Source: Terriglobia bacterium
GTDB lineage: Bacteria; Acidobacteriota; Terriglobia; Bryobacterales; Bryobacteraceae
DNA: 64,000 nt
Assembly: GCA_963835255.1 (NCBI GenBank)
Contig: CAWIFY010000022.1
Coordinates: 35,784-99,783, forward strand
Direction of reading: 5' to 3'
The translations under genes and the position numbers were made by a program. Numbering within the stretch: the first letter of the stretch is position 1; each line of letters opens with the position of its first letter. The notes beneath the pieces are model-generated. The model did no database searches and was not told where the DNA came from. It saw nothing but the letters and a program-made list of their open reading frames with translations. This document shows, piece after piece, positions 56,070 to 64,000 of this stretch.

Positions 56070-56480
56070 ATTGATGCGGCGGGCCTAATAACTTCCGCAA
56101 CTCGGCAGCAAAGCGTCAGAATTTTCGCTTAGTGTGGCTCCCCTATCGTGTTTGTTGGTGGGACTGCCGATAAATCCCACAGGGTAGCAGCCCACAGAGT
56201 CAATTAATGATCTTGAAAGTCGCACCGCTCGGCGCACGGAGCCGGATCTCCCTTGTCTTTCTACTTGCTGCTTTGTTCACTGCGTGCGCCAGCGTGTCCG
56301 CTTTCGCCTCGCGGGCAAATGAGCATCGCCCGGTCGCCACCTCAACAACCGGGATTCCCGGTACAATCGAAAGAAATCGGTGTATTTGGGAGGAAACGGG
56401 AATTGACTGCTATTCACCATCTCTTGGCTAACGCTGCCGCCGACATCCCAGCGCCTGACAGTTGCGAAGGAGGCTTCGCC

Positions 56481-58490
56481 GTGATTTCAGATGCGAGCAC
56501 CATTTCATTCCAGACCAGGTTGTTCGCGAGGAACGGAGGTTTCCTCTGTGCGATGGCGATTCTCCCGGCGCTGCTCTTCGCCGTCACCTCGACGAATGCC
56601 CAATCGTGCCTGGGGAACCCTAACACCGGATGCACCTATCCTGGCCTATGCAAGCCAGTTACAACAGGCACTGGAACGGAAGGCAAATGCATGACGCCAA
56701 GCGGGATGCCGAAGGGCGAGCTTAGCTGCGTGTGCGCGGGGGCGCCCGTCCCGCCGCCACCTTTGTTCGACGAGATCACGTATCCGACGCCTCCTGCCGG
56801 CACCGACGTCAGCATCCGGATCGACCGGCCCAACCCGACCCAAGCCTCCACCCCTTATAAGATTACCTTCCAGCCGGGCGACACGGTGACGATCCATGCC
56901 GGAGGCTGCGTGCAGGGCGGCGGCAGCGGCAAGACCTGGCGCCAATACGTCAATCCCACGGAGAGTGACGGGCGGTACTATCACGGCCTGATCACGATTC
57001 CGTTTGCCACCGACAACCTGGCGCGCATTCAGAGATATTGGAACCAGCAGGTGCATATTCCGGACACGGCTCGAGCATCTGACCTCAAGCTGCAACTCGG
57101 CTATGAAGATGAGCCGGGCAAATACGGCGATAACGGCTATTACAGCCACGACGATGGCCCGGGGAACCAATGCGCTGGCACGCAAGGCGGGCCCGCGTGG
57201 GTCGAGCTGGACGTTGTACACAAGGGACCAACGCCTGCTCCTACCGACGGCGGAGACTGGGATCTTCTATGGACCGACTACGACGCGAACAGTATTCCCT
57301 TGAATCCCGACTGGCGAACCAGCGTCCTTTACAAGAGGTTTCCGAATCCCGACAACTGCATATGGCCGTGGATGGGTTCGGGCCTGCCAAAGTGCACGAG
57401 TCAGGTCACGAACACGGACACAGCTTCGGGCATCATCGACTCCATCGTCTGCCGGCGCCCTTTTGAGGAAAACACATACAACCTGCCGGGACATGCAAAC
57501 TATTTTGCCGCCACCTACAACGGTTTCGTGTATTGGGAAGCAAAGTCGGCGCCGGAATGGGACGATGAGTACTCGGTAGACCTGGACACGACAGGCCAGG
57601 CCGGGGCTGCCGACGCAAGACCAAAGGGTGTACACGTCGAGTTCGACAGTGGCGAGACGATCAACGTGCTGACCGACGATTTCGGGCTTCCGTGGTGGCA
57701 GGGACTTCGCGGCGCCGTCGACCAGGGAGACAGTCAGGCGCACAGCTACCTTGATGGTGACTATGTGGTCGTCACCGGGCTTATGGGTCTCGATTTCGTC
57801 CATACTCCCGGTCCGGAGTCTCATCCTGCGTGGTCTATGGCTGTACAGGGATCTAAGTCCCCCTATACGGATATTTGGTCCTTTTTTGTTCGGGGATGGG
57901 GGAACGAGGGCTACTGCAGCAGCGACCAACACTACGTAAACTACCTCGACAACCAATTCACATTCAACCTACGGTGGCCGCAGGGCGCCACGTCGGGCAC
58001 GGTCACGAGCTCAAGCTTTTGGACCAATGCACATACTCCAAGCACCTTCTCCGTTACATTCATCCCCGGCAAGGCCGTGCAGGTGAGTTTCTACAATCTG
58101 CCGAACCCAACCGAGCAAGCGCTTATCGGGGGAGAACTCCATATCGCCTGGGCCGGCACGCCTACCGCGCCAACGCCCTTTGTCCGTGCGGCGGCTGACG
58201 CGAGACAGGTCGAGGAGGACGAACCCGAGGCCTACCTGAGAGATATGATGCGGCAGCTCAGTTCTGCTCAACTCACTGTCTACAAGGCGAACGCCCCGAC
58301 TTACAACCGCGTGAAAAAGACGGCGTCGGCTCTCCGGATGCAACCAGGTGTGGCGAAAGCCCTTCCGACCAAGCCGACACGGCTGCCCCAGATCAGCACG
58401 GCTCCCGACACTGCCACACTTGCGCGGAAGAATGCTCAAATGGATGCGCTGAAAAAGGCTTATGGAGGAAATCTGCCCGAGCCGAAATAG
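56481..58490 (+). CDS. large secreted orphan protein with N-terminal 6-Cys module
   Basis: The GTG at 56481 lies 7 nt after GAAGGAGG. Signal peptide is ..FLCAMAILPALLFAVTSTNAQ. Next comes CLGNPNTGCTYPGLCKPVTTGTGTEGKCMTPSGMPKGELSCVC, a PPPP linker, and then about 600 aa with no recognisable family. Confidence 0.6.
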   Translation: MISDASTISFQTRLFARNGGFLCAMAILPALLFAVTSTNAQSCLGNPNTGCTYPGLCKPVTTGTGTEGKCMTPSGMPKGELSCVCAGAPVPPPPLFDEITYPTPPAGTDVSIRIDRPNPTQASTPYKITFQPGDTVTIHAGGCVQGGGSGKTWRQYVNPTESDGRYYHGLITIPFATDNLARIQRYWNQQVHIPDTARASDLKLQLGYEDEPGKYGDNGYYSHDDGPGNQCAGTQGGPAWVELDVVHKGPTPAPTDGGDWDLLWTDYDANSIPLNPDWRTSVLYKRFPNPDNCIWPWMGSGLPKCTSQVTNTDTASGIIDSIVCRRPFEENTYNLPGHANYFAATYNGFVYWEAKSAPEWDDEYSVDLDTTGQAGAADARPKGVHVEFDSGETINVLTDDFGLPWWQGLRGAVDQGDSQAHSYLDGDYVVVTGLMGLDFVHTPGPESHPAWSMAVQGSKSPYTDIWSFFVRGWGNEGYCSSDQHYVNYLDNQFTFNLRWPQGATSGTVTSSSFWTNAHTPSTFSVTFIPGKAVQVSFYNLPNPTEQALIGGELHIAWAGTPTAPTPFVRAAADARQVEEDEPEAYLRDMMRQLSSAQLTVYKANAPTYNRVKKTASALRMQPGVAKALPTKPTRLPQISTAPDTATLARKNAQMDALKKAYGGNLPEPK

Positions 58491-58514
58491 CTTTCGGCGG
58501 CTCCTTCTCCTTTC

Positions 58515-58615
58515 CGCGCGGTGCGTCGGTGCTCTATCTTCCGCCCTACCCCCCGATTTCACTCCCATCGAGCAGGCGTCGTCCAAGCTGAAGCAACTGC
58601 TGGGCGTGATCACGG
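58515..58615 (+). pseudogene. IS630-family transposase C-terminal fragment
   Basis: ..VLYLPPYPP / DFTPIEQASSKLKQLL in two frames matches the conserved YLPPYSPDLNPIE..WSKLK end of DDE_3 transposases. Confidence 0.5.
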
Positions 58616-58833
58616 ACATTCATGATAAGTATTTGTCAAGGAGAGTGAGGTCCCGCTTGAAGCCGCGAGCGGCTTCTGGTTGCCTTTAGTCTTCGAAGGA
58701 AGTCGAGTCGTTACGCGTTTGGCTTCTCAGCGGGGGCTCTACATGGAACAGAACTAGACATTCATTTGCGGTCTCGGGTGATTTCACTGTCACCGAAGAT
58801 TGAATTTGGATTCATCTGCCGGCCTCGAAACAA

Positions 58834-59254
58834 TTAAAAGTGAGGCCTCAGAATTTCTTCGGGCGGCAGCAATCTGCCGAATAGACAAGCCAGGTTCATG
58901 GGCGGATTTGATGGCCCACAGCCGTTCTTCAGTTCCACCTCTCGATACCAGCCGCAACGCACGATTTGCGCCAGTCCGAATGCATCATTAGGATCCGTCT
59001 TATTCAGCTTCATCATCAGGCAGCCTTGGCGTGCCGCGCATGGATACAACGACGGGCAAGTTCGCCTGACGCAGCGCATGCCAGTGTCACACGCACAGAG
59101 GGCCCGTTTCCGGTGCAATCCGAACCGCACCAGGCGCTCGTTTGAAAACCAGCTCCGAAATATCATCAGTGTGGGAAGCGCACTTGACCCGCCACACTCG
59201 ATTGCCTTCCTTATCCACAACACAGATCGCGGTTTGTCTTAGCGATACGTCCAT
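58834..59254 (-). pseudogene. IS110-family transposase N-terminal remnant
   Basis: MDVSLRQTAICVVDKEGNRVW... starts at 59254. After a frameshift the sequence reads ..KLNKTDPNDAFGLAQIVRCGWYREVELK (the KTDxxDA motif of DEDD_Tnp_IS110), then ends. Confidence 0.65.
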
Positions 59255-59334
59255 CCCACATACGTCTTCATCACCTCACGTCCTTCTTTGATGATTTTCG
59301 GTCTTCGCTTAACCCGAGACCCTCGACGCGATTA

Positions 59335-59670
59335 GACCATGTGGTTCACTTGTTCGCCGTCCCGCTGTAACAACACATGCAGCCGGCGATAACCGAACCG
59401 TAGCTTGTCCCGCGCCAACTCCATCACCTTTGTGCGCAACTCGGTATCGGGTCGCGACGAGCGATAACAGAACGTGGAAACCGGCAGTTCCAGCACGCCG
59501 CATGCGCGCCGTTTACTGAAGGCAAAGTCCCGCTTCAGATGCTCGACAGCCGCCTTCATTGCTGTGAGCTCCAGCCGTTTTTTCGATGACCGACTGCAGC
59601 GCGTCTTTGTCTAAACTCAGATCCGCAACCAGTTTCTTCAGCCCCGCATTTTCGTCCCGCATCTAACTGT
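59335..59670 (-). pseudogene. IS3-family internal fragment (OrfA C-terminus, frameshift window, OrfB N-terminus)
   Basis: ..DENAGLKKLVADLSLDKDALQSVIEK is followed by an A6 slippery run (59578..59583). OrfB then reads ..KRRACGVLELPVSTFCYRS...LRFGYRRLHVLLQRDGEQVNH and breaks off. Both ends of the IS are missing. Confidence 0.7.
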
Positions 59671-59807
59671 TGCAGCGCAGCGATGATCGCTGCTTCCCTG
59701 TGCTTACTCCTCGGCATCCTGCTTCCCCTTTCCTGCGTTCGAAAATGATAATCAACTTCGTACGGATTTTGGAGAGCAGGTCAACAGGTCCAGGCACGTA
59801 TCGTACT

Positions 59808-61934
59808 ATGTCACAGCCCTTCTGCATCGCGATCAATATCGCGCAGATACATAGCCTGTCAAAACAGGAGGCGCTTAGGAATTTGCCCGTTCGGCTCCGT
59901 CCGGTAGTTACGTACTTCGATCCGGTTGCAGACAACCTCTTTCTGAACGACGCTACTGGCGGTATCTGGATGCGCTGGGAGCCGAATCTTCCCAAGCTCA
60001 AACTGGGCGATTTGCTTGACCTTAAAGCCGAGACCGATTTCACGTTTGCGCCGGACTTAAGGAACGCTAAATGGTCGGTAATTGGCCACGCGTCCATGCC
60101 CGAGCCGCGGCGGGTTTCTTACCAGGAGATGATCAGCACCTCCGAAGATAGTCAGTGGGTAGAGGTCGAAGGCAACGTTCGACAAGCCGAATACTTGCAT
60201 CGTACGCCAAAAGAGAAGGTTCTCTGGATGGATCTGGCCATGTCGGGCAACGGCATCGATGTTGAAATTCCCTGGGACGGGTCGCCAGTGCCGCCTGGAT
60301 TGATAGACGCGCGGATCAGAGTCAGGGGAATTTGCGGCGCGGAGTTTAACCCAAAAAATCAAATGGTCGGTGTGACTCTCTATGTGCCGAGCCTTCGCGA
60401 AATATTTACGCTGGAGGCGGCCGAACCCGAGCCGTTGACCGGCCCTCCTACGTCGATCGGAACGCTTCAGCGCTTCGGATACACGAATTCCAAAGGTCAC
60501 CGCCTGAAGCTGGCGGGGACCGTTACTGCAGTTCTGCCGACGCAAGGCTTTTACTTGAAAGATGACTCGGGCAGCATCTATGTCCTAACTCGGCAGGGCT
60601 TGCGTCTGAAGCCCGGTGACCGAGTCGAGACACTCGGGTTCGTAGGTCTCTCTGAATCGCATGTAAGGTTTGAAGATGCCTATTTCCGGCGCATTGCGAC
60701 CGGCGCGCCCCCTCAGCCTTTGAAGATTACACCGGAGCAGGCCATGACCGGTCTGTATGATTCTGAATTGGTGACGCTGGAAGGCCGGGTAGTGGGACGG
60801 TCTGCTCTACCCCATCAGCAGAGGCTTACGATAGCTGCTGGGCAGTTGACATTTGCGGTGGTTTGCGCCAAGCAGACTTCAGCCAAACAGTTGCCGCCCG
60901 AAGGTTCACTTGTCCGGCTGGCCGGGATATGCATTGCTCAAATCAATGACTTAGGTCAAATGGCTACCTTCCGACTGGTTCTCAACGACGCGTCCGATGC
61001 CAAAGTTTTGGCCAGTGCGCCATGGTGGACGGCGCAGCGGGTCATGGCCCTGTTGGGATTTTTGGCTGCCGCGATTGCCTTAGCGCTGGCGTGGGTCATT
61101 GTGCTGAGGCGCCGGGTCCGGCAACAAACCCAGCTAATCAGCCAGAAGCTCGGGCAGGAAGAATCGCTCAGAAATGCAGCCCAGCTCGCGAGCCGCGCGA
61201 AGAGCGAGTTCTTGGCCAACATGAGCCATGAGATTCGGCCCCCGATGAATGCCATCGTAGGCTTCACCGATTTGCTGCTCGACACACCGCTCAACGAAGA
61301 GCAGCGCGATTATCTCCACACCGTTCAGTTCTCGTCGCATTCGTTGACGCGCATTTTGAATGATGTTCTAGACTTCTCGAAGATTGAAGCGGGCCACCTG
61401 ACCTGCGAGAAGGTGCCGTTTTCTGTCTCGAGTTGCGCCTCACGAGTGCTTCAATTGATCACCCCGGAAGCACACCGCAAAGGTTTGACGGCCTCGCTCG
61501 AAATCGATGAAAATGTCTGCGACGAAGTAGTCGGCGATCCATACCGGTTGCATCAAGTGCTCCTCAACCTGATGAGCAATTCGCTAAAGTTTACCGAGCG
61601 AGGTTCAATTACTCTAGCCGTCGCGTGTACCGCGAAAGACGACGCGTGGACCGAGCTCCAGTTTTCAATCATCGACACAGGAATTGGTATTCCGGAAGAA
61701 GCGCAACCTAAGATCTTTGAGTCGTTCTCGCAAGGGGACAACTCAACAACCAGAAAGTACGGCGGCACGGGGCTGGGATTAGCGATCTGCACGCGTTTGG
61801 TTGAGCTATTCGGAGGGCGCCTCTGGCTGGAGAGCAAGTTGGGCGAGGGTAGCCGCTTCCATTTCACGGCACGTTTTGTGACGGGCAGTTCGCGCGAAGA
61901 GAACATAATTGCCGAAGCTGCCGCCGAAATTTAG
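59808..61934 (+). CDS. sensor histidine kinase (periplasmic domain, TM, HisKA, HATPase_c), 5' end possibly damaged
   Basis: H-box [17 protein letters not shown]-box [13 protein letters not shown]-boxes DTGIGI and GGTGLGLAI, and a TM at ~[20 protein letters not shown]. No signal peptide is in frame. A signal-peptide-like ORF (ATG 59683, MIAASLCLLLGILLPLSC) lies in another frame. Confidence 0.8.
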   Translation: MSQPFCIAINIAQIHSLSKQEALRNLPVRLRPVVTYFDPVADNLFLNDATGGIWMRWEPNLPKLKLGDLLDLKAETDFTFAPDLRNAKWSVIGHASMPEPRRVSYQEMISTSEDSQWVEVEGNVRQAEYLHRTPKEKVLWMDLAMSGNGIDVEIPWDGSPVPPGLIDARIRVRGICGAEFNPKNQMVGVTLYVPSLREIFTLEAAEPEPLTGPPTSIGTLQRFGYTNSKGHRLKLAGTVTAVLPTQGFYLKDDSGSIYVLTRQGLRLKPGDRVETLGFVGLSESHVRFEDAYFRRIATGAPPQPLKITPEQAMTGLYDSELVTLEGRVVGRSALPHQQRLTIAAGQLTFAVVCAKQTSAKQLPPEGSLVRLAGICIAQINDLGQMATFRLVLNDASDAKVLASAPWWTAQRVMALLGFLAAAIALALAWVIVLRRRVRQQTQLISQKLGQEESLRNAAQLASRAKSEFLANMSHEIRPPMNAIVGFTDLLLDTPLNEEQRDYLHTVQFSSHSLTRILNDVLDFSKIEAGHLTCEKVPFSVSSCASRVLQLITPEAHRKGLTASLEIDENVCDEVVGDPYRLHQVLLNLMSNSLKFTERGSITLAVACTAKDDAWTELQFSIIDTGIGIPEEAQPKIFESFSQGDNSTTRKYGGTGLGLAICTRLVELFGGRLWLESKLGEGSRFHFTARFVTGSSREENIIAEAAAEI

Positions 61935-61935
61935 A

Positions 61936-63780
61936 TCATTTGTTCCGCGTCAATTCTTCGGCTGCGATCTGCGCGATATCTAGCAGCCGGGGCGGGTTCT
62001 CAGATGTCGCCGCCAGCGCATCGCGAAACATGCTGTTGCAGAACGGGCATGCCGCGCCGACTACCTCCGCGCCGGTATCGGCTAGCTCTTTGGCTCGCGC
62101 ATGACTCACGCGTTGACCAGTCTCTTCGCCGAGGAACACCAATCCGCCACCCGCCCCGCAGCAGAAAGATCTTTCACGCGCGCGGGGCGGGTCGATGACT
62201 TGCGCCGAGCGTCCGATGACCTCGCGAGGCTCATCATAGATTCCGCGATACCGCCCGAGATAACAGGGATCATGGAAAACCACTCGTTGTCCGCTTTGCT
62301 TTGACGGAAGCGAGGCGCTGTGCCGCGCCATAAACTCGCTGTGATGTTCAATGTCCAGGGCTGCCCCGTATTCTTGCCAATCGGTTTGGATCGTGCGAAC
62401 GCAATGCGGGCAAATCGATACGATCTTCTTCACCTTGGCCTGTTCAAGCGTGCCCAGATTCGTCTCGGCTAGTTGCCCGAACAAAAGATCGTTGCCAAGG
62501 CGCCGGACAGGATCGCCGGTACAGCGCTCTTTCTTCAGAACGCCAAAAGAAGTGCCGAGGTGTTTCATGACTGACGCAAACGCCTTAATAATTTCGCGGC
62601 CCTGTGGATCATAAGAGCCCATGCAGCCGAGCCATAGGCAGTACTCCTGTGAACCGTCGAACAACGGAAACTCCTGCGTCGCGATGAACTTGTCGCGTTC
62701 GGTTTGCGAGAAGCCCATTGCGTTGCCGTTGCGCTCGAGGTTCAGAAAGAGCTTGGTTCCGTGCTCGTCTTCCCACGTCCCGGTGTTGACTGCGCCCCGG
62801 CGCAACCCTATGATCATCGGTAAGTGTTGGATCCCAACCGGACATTGATATTCGCAGGCGCCGCAAGTCGTGCATTGGAAGATCGCTGTTTGAGAAACGG
62901 TCGCCTCGAGTATTGGTTTTTCGTTGTGGGGTCCGAACTCGTTCAGATAGGAACGCAAACCTAACGCTATGAGTTTCGGGTTCAATTCTTTGCCAGTGTT
63001 GTTGGCTGGGCAATGCTCCGTGCAGCGTCCGCATTCGACGCACGAGTACGCCTGAAGAGCAGTGATCCGGGTTATGTCCTTGCCCGATACCAAGCCGAAA
63101 TCCTCATCTCCTGTAAGCGGAGGAATCTTGCTGAATCCGTCCCGTTCAAGAAAGATCGTCACGGGACTGAGTATGAGGTGCAGATGTTTGGTGTGCGGAA
63201 TGAGCGGCAGGAAGGCGAGCAGCGTGAGCGTATGCACCCACCAGAGTGCTTGCCCCGCGATGGACGATTCGGGTACCCACCATTCGGGCATATACGTGAC
63301 CATTAGGATAAATATGAAGAGCGCGATAATACCCGATTCAAAGGACACGGGGCCGAGCCACTTCGGGCGGAGAACGAAACGCCGAAAAGCCAGGTAGGCG
63401 ATCGAGACAGCGCACAGCGCGGCAAAGGCGAACGCAAACCAGAAGTAGAATCCACCGAATAGCGAATGGTGATCGAGGAATGGAACGCCGAAACCACCGG
63501 CAATGTGGTTGAGCGTGACTAGTGCGAAAGCGCAGAAACCCCAAAAGACGAACGCGTGCGCTAGTCCCGGCAGCGGCCGTTCACGAATGACTTTCGCCTG
63601 GCACATGACTTCCCAGAAAAAATTCCAGCAGCGACGCGCGACTGATCCAAGTTTGAAGTCGGGGTCAGCTCTGCTTCGCCAAATGCGCTCGATGGTCTTG
63701 CCGAAGCGCACAGCGAAAAGTGAAAGCGAGACGAGAATTAAAACGAGCAGAAGGATCTTAGCGAATAGAGGCTGTTGCAT
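61936..63780 (-). CDS. membrane-bound Fe-S oxidoreductase (NarI/DsrM-like membrane domain fused to HdrD/DsrK-like 2x[4Fe-4S] + CCG domains)
   Basis: The internal ATG at 63780 gives MQQPLFAKILLLVLILVSL. There are about 5 TM helices. Motifs: CVECGRCTEHCP, CTTCGACEYQCP, and CCG-type CPHC.. and FCCGAGGG. Confidence 0.85.
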   Translation of the reverse strand: MQQPLFAKILLLVLILVSLSLFAVRFGKTIERIWRSRADPDFKLGSVARRCWNFFWEVMCQAKVIRERPLPGLAHAFVFWGFCAFALVTLNHIAGGFGVPFLDHHSLFGGFYFWFAFAFAALCAVSIAYLAFRRFVLRPKWLGPVSFESGIIALFIFILMVTYMPEWWVPESSIAGQALWWVHTLTLLAFLPLIPHTKHLHLILSPVTIFLERDGFSKIPPLTGDEDFGLVSGKDITRITALQAYSCVECGRCTEHCPANNTGKELNPKLIALGLRSYLNEFGPHNEKPILEATVSQTAIFQCTTCGACEYQCPVGIQHLPMIIGLRRGAVNTGTWEDEHGTKLFLNLERNGNAMGFSQTERDKFIATQEFPLFDGSQEYCLWLGCMGSYDPQGREIIKAFASVMKHLGTSFGVLKKERCTGDPVRRLGNDLLFGQLAETNLGTLEQAKVKKIVSICPHCVRTIQTDWQEYGAALDIEHHSEFMARHSASLPSKQSGQRVVFHDPCYLGRYRGIYDEPREVIGRSAQVIDPPRARERSFCCGAGGGLVFLGEETGQRVSHARAKELADTGAEVVGAACPFCNSMFRDALAATSENPPRLLDIAQIAAEELTRNK

Positions 63781-63839
63781 AGCGCAGCAAAATAACCTGG
63801 GAGACGTTCCGCATGCCGCGTTTAGTAGCATGAAAAAGC

Positions 63840-64000
63840 GTGAGATACGTCATTTCGGGAGCCGCAGGCTTCATTGGATCACACCTGTGTGACAGGCTCG
63901 TCGAAGCCGGGCATCAGATCGTCGCTCTCGATAACCTGATCACCGGACACCGGGAAAACCTGGCGCACCTCGAAGGCCGTGATGGCTTTCAATTCGTTCA
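63840..64000 (+). CDS. NAD-dependent epimerase/dehydratase (UDP-glucuronate decarboxylase-like), 3' end off the window
   Basis: The GTG at 63840 follows an in-frame TGA. VRYVISGAAGFIGSHLCDRLVEAGHQIVALDNLITGHRENLAHL carries the GxxGxxG Rossmann motif. Confidence 0.8.
   Translation, partial: MRYVISGAAGFIGSHLCDRLVEAGHQIVALDNLITGHRENLAHLEGRDGFQFV

Noticed and set aside
56207-56431. 74-aa ORF with a lipoprotein-like N-terminus (LVFLLAALFTAC)
   Set aside because: It could be a small lipoprotein upstream of the large orphan. The lipobox is imperfect, there is no RBS, and the remainder is low-complexity. Left uncalled.
56646-57956. Minus-strand ORFs of 191 and 229 aa
   Set aside because: They are antisense to the large secreted orphan ORF. 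The plus-strand frame has a Shine-Dalgarno sequence, a signal peptide and uninterrupted length, so it is preferred.
63503-63892. 129-aa plus-strand ORF spanning the Fe-S protein start and the epimerase start
   Set aside because: It is antisense to the Fe-S oxidoreductase N-terminus and out of frame with the GxxGxxG Rossmann motif, which reads correctly from the GTG at 63840.
1-64000. CRISPR arrays, rRNA genes, retron/DGR reverse transcriptases
   Set aside because: I saw no regularly spaced short direct repeats, no rRNA-like sequence, and no RT motif (YxDD) in any ORF. The only repeats found are the att, integrase and Uma2 duplications reported above.

Overview
This is a GC-rich bacterial chromosomal window. 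The gene content points to Acidobacteriota/Terriglobia (PEP-CTERM protein, CadC-type wHTH-TPR regulator, TonB-dependent receptor with a carboxypeptidase-regulatory-like N-terminus, many Uma2/DUF820 genes), but that lineage call is inference only. Most of the window is housekeeping: lpdA-lipB-E2, coaD, an aminotransferase, a YjhG/YagF-like dehydratase, murJ, recN, rsmB, HtrA, CarD, a deoxyhypusine-synthase-like gene, a GH27 alpha-galactosidase, a TBDR plus CbiM-CbiQ/CbiO metal uptake cluster, and a sulfonate/nitrate-type ABC transporter. I see no rRNA and no CRISPR array. Two tRNAs are present: Glu-CUC and Ser-CGA. Four things stand out. (1) A DUF3179-family gene is interrupted by one in-frame TGA exactly where the family has the first Cys of its TYCPLC motif. 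A SECIS-like GGUCU-loop hairpin follows 11 nt downstream, so this is a candidate UxxC selenoprotein. (2) tRNA-Ser(CGA) is an integration hotspot occupied on both sides. A 7.8 kb island is bounded by a 25-bp repeat of the tRNA 3' end, and a 2.9 kb island is bounded by a 39-bp repeat of the tRNA 5' half. Both carry decayed tyrosine integrases and toxin-antitoxin modules. (3) The larger island carries an uncharacterised trio: a RepL-like DNA-binding protein behind ACTGCCAA iterons, an all-alpha protein, and a leader-bearing HslV/proteasome-beta-like Ntn hydrolase. A frameshifted TIGR02391/HEPN-like gene sits next to it, so I flag the trio as a possible novel defence or maintenance module. (4) There is a patch of IS630, IS110 and IS3 fragments next to a damaged histidine-kinase 5' end, a 620-bp tandem duplication of a Uma2 gene that also copies the rsmB 3' tail, and an N-terminally truncated, frameshifted MFS pseudogene. 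All family assignments come from reading motifs by eye, not from database searches.
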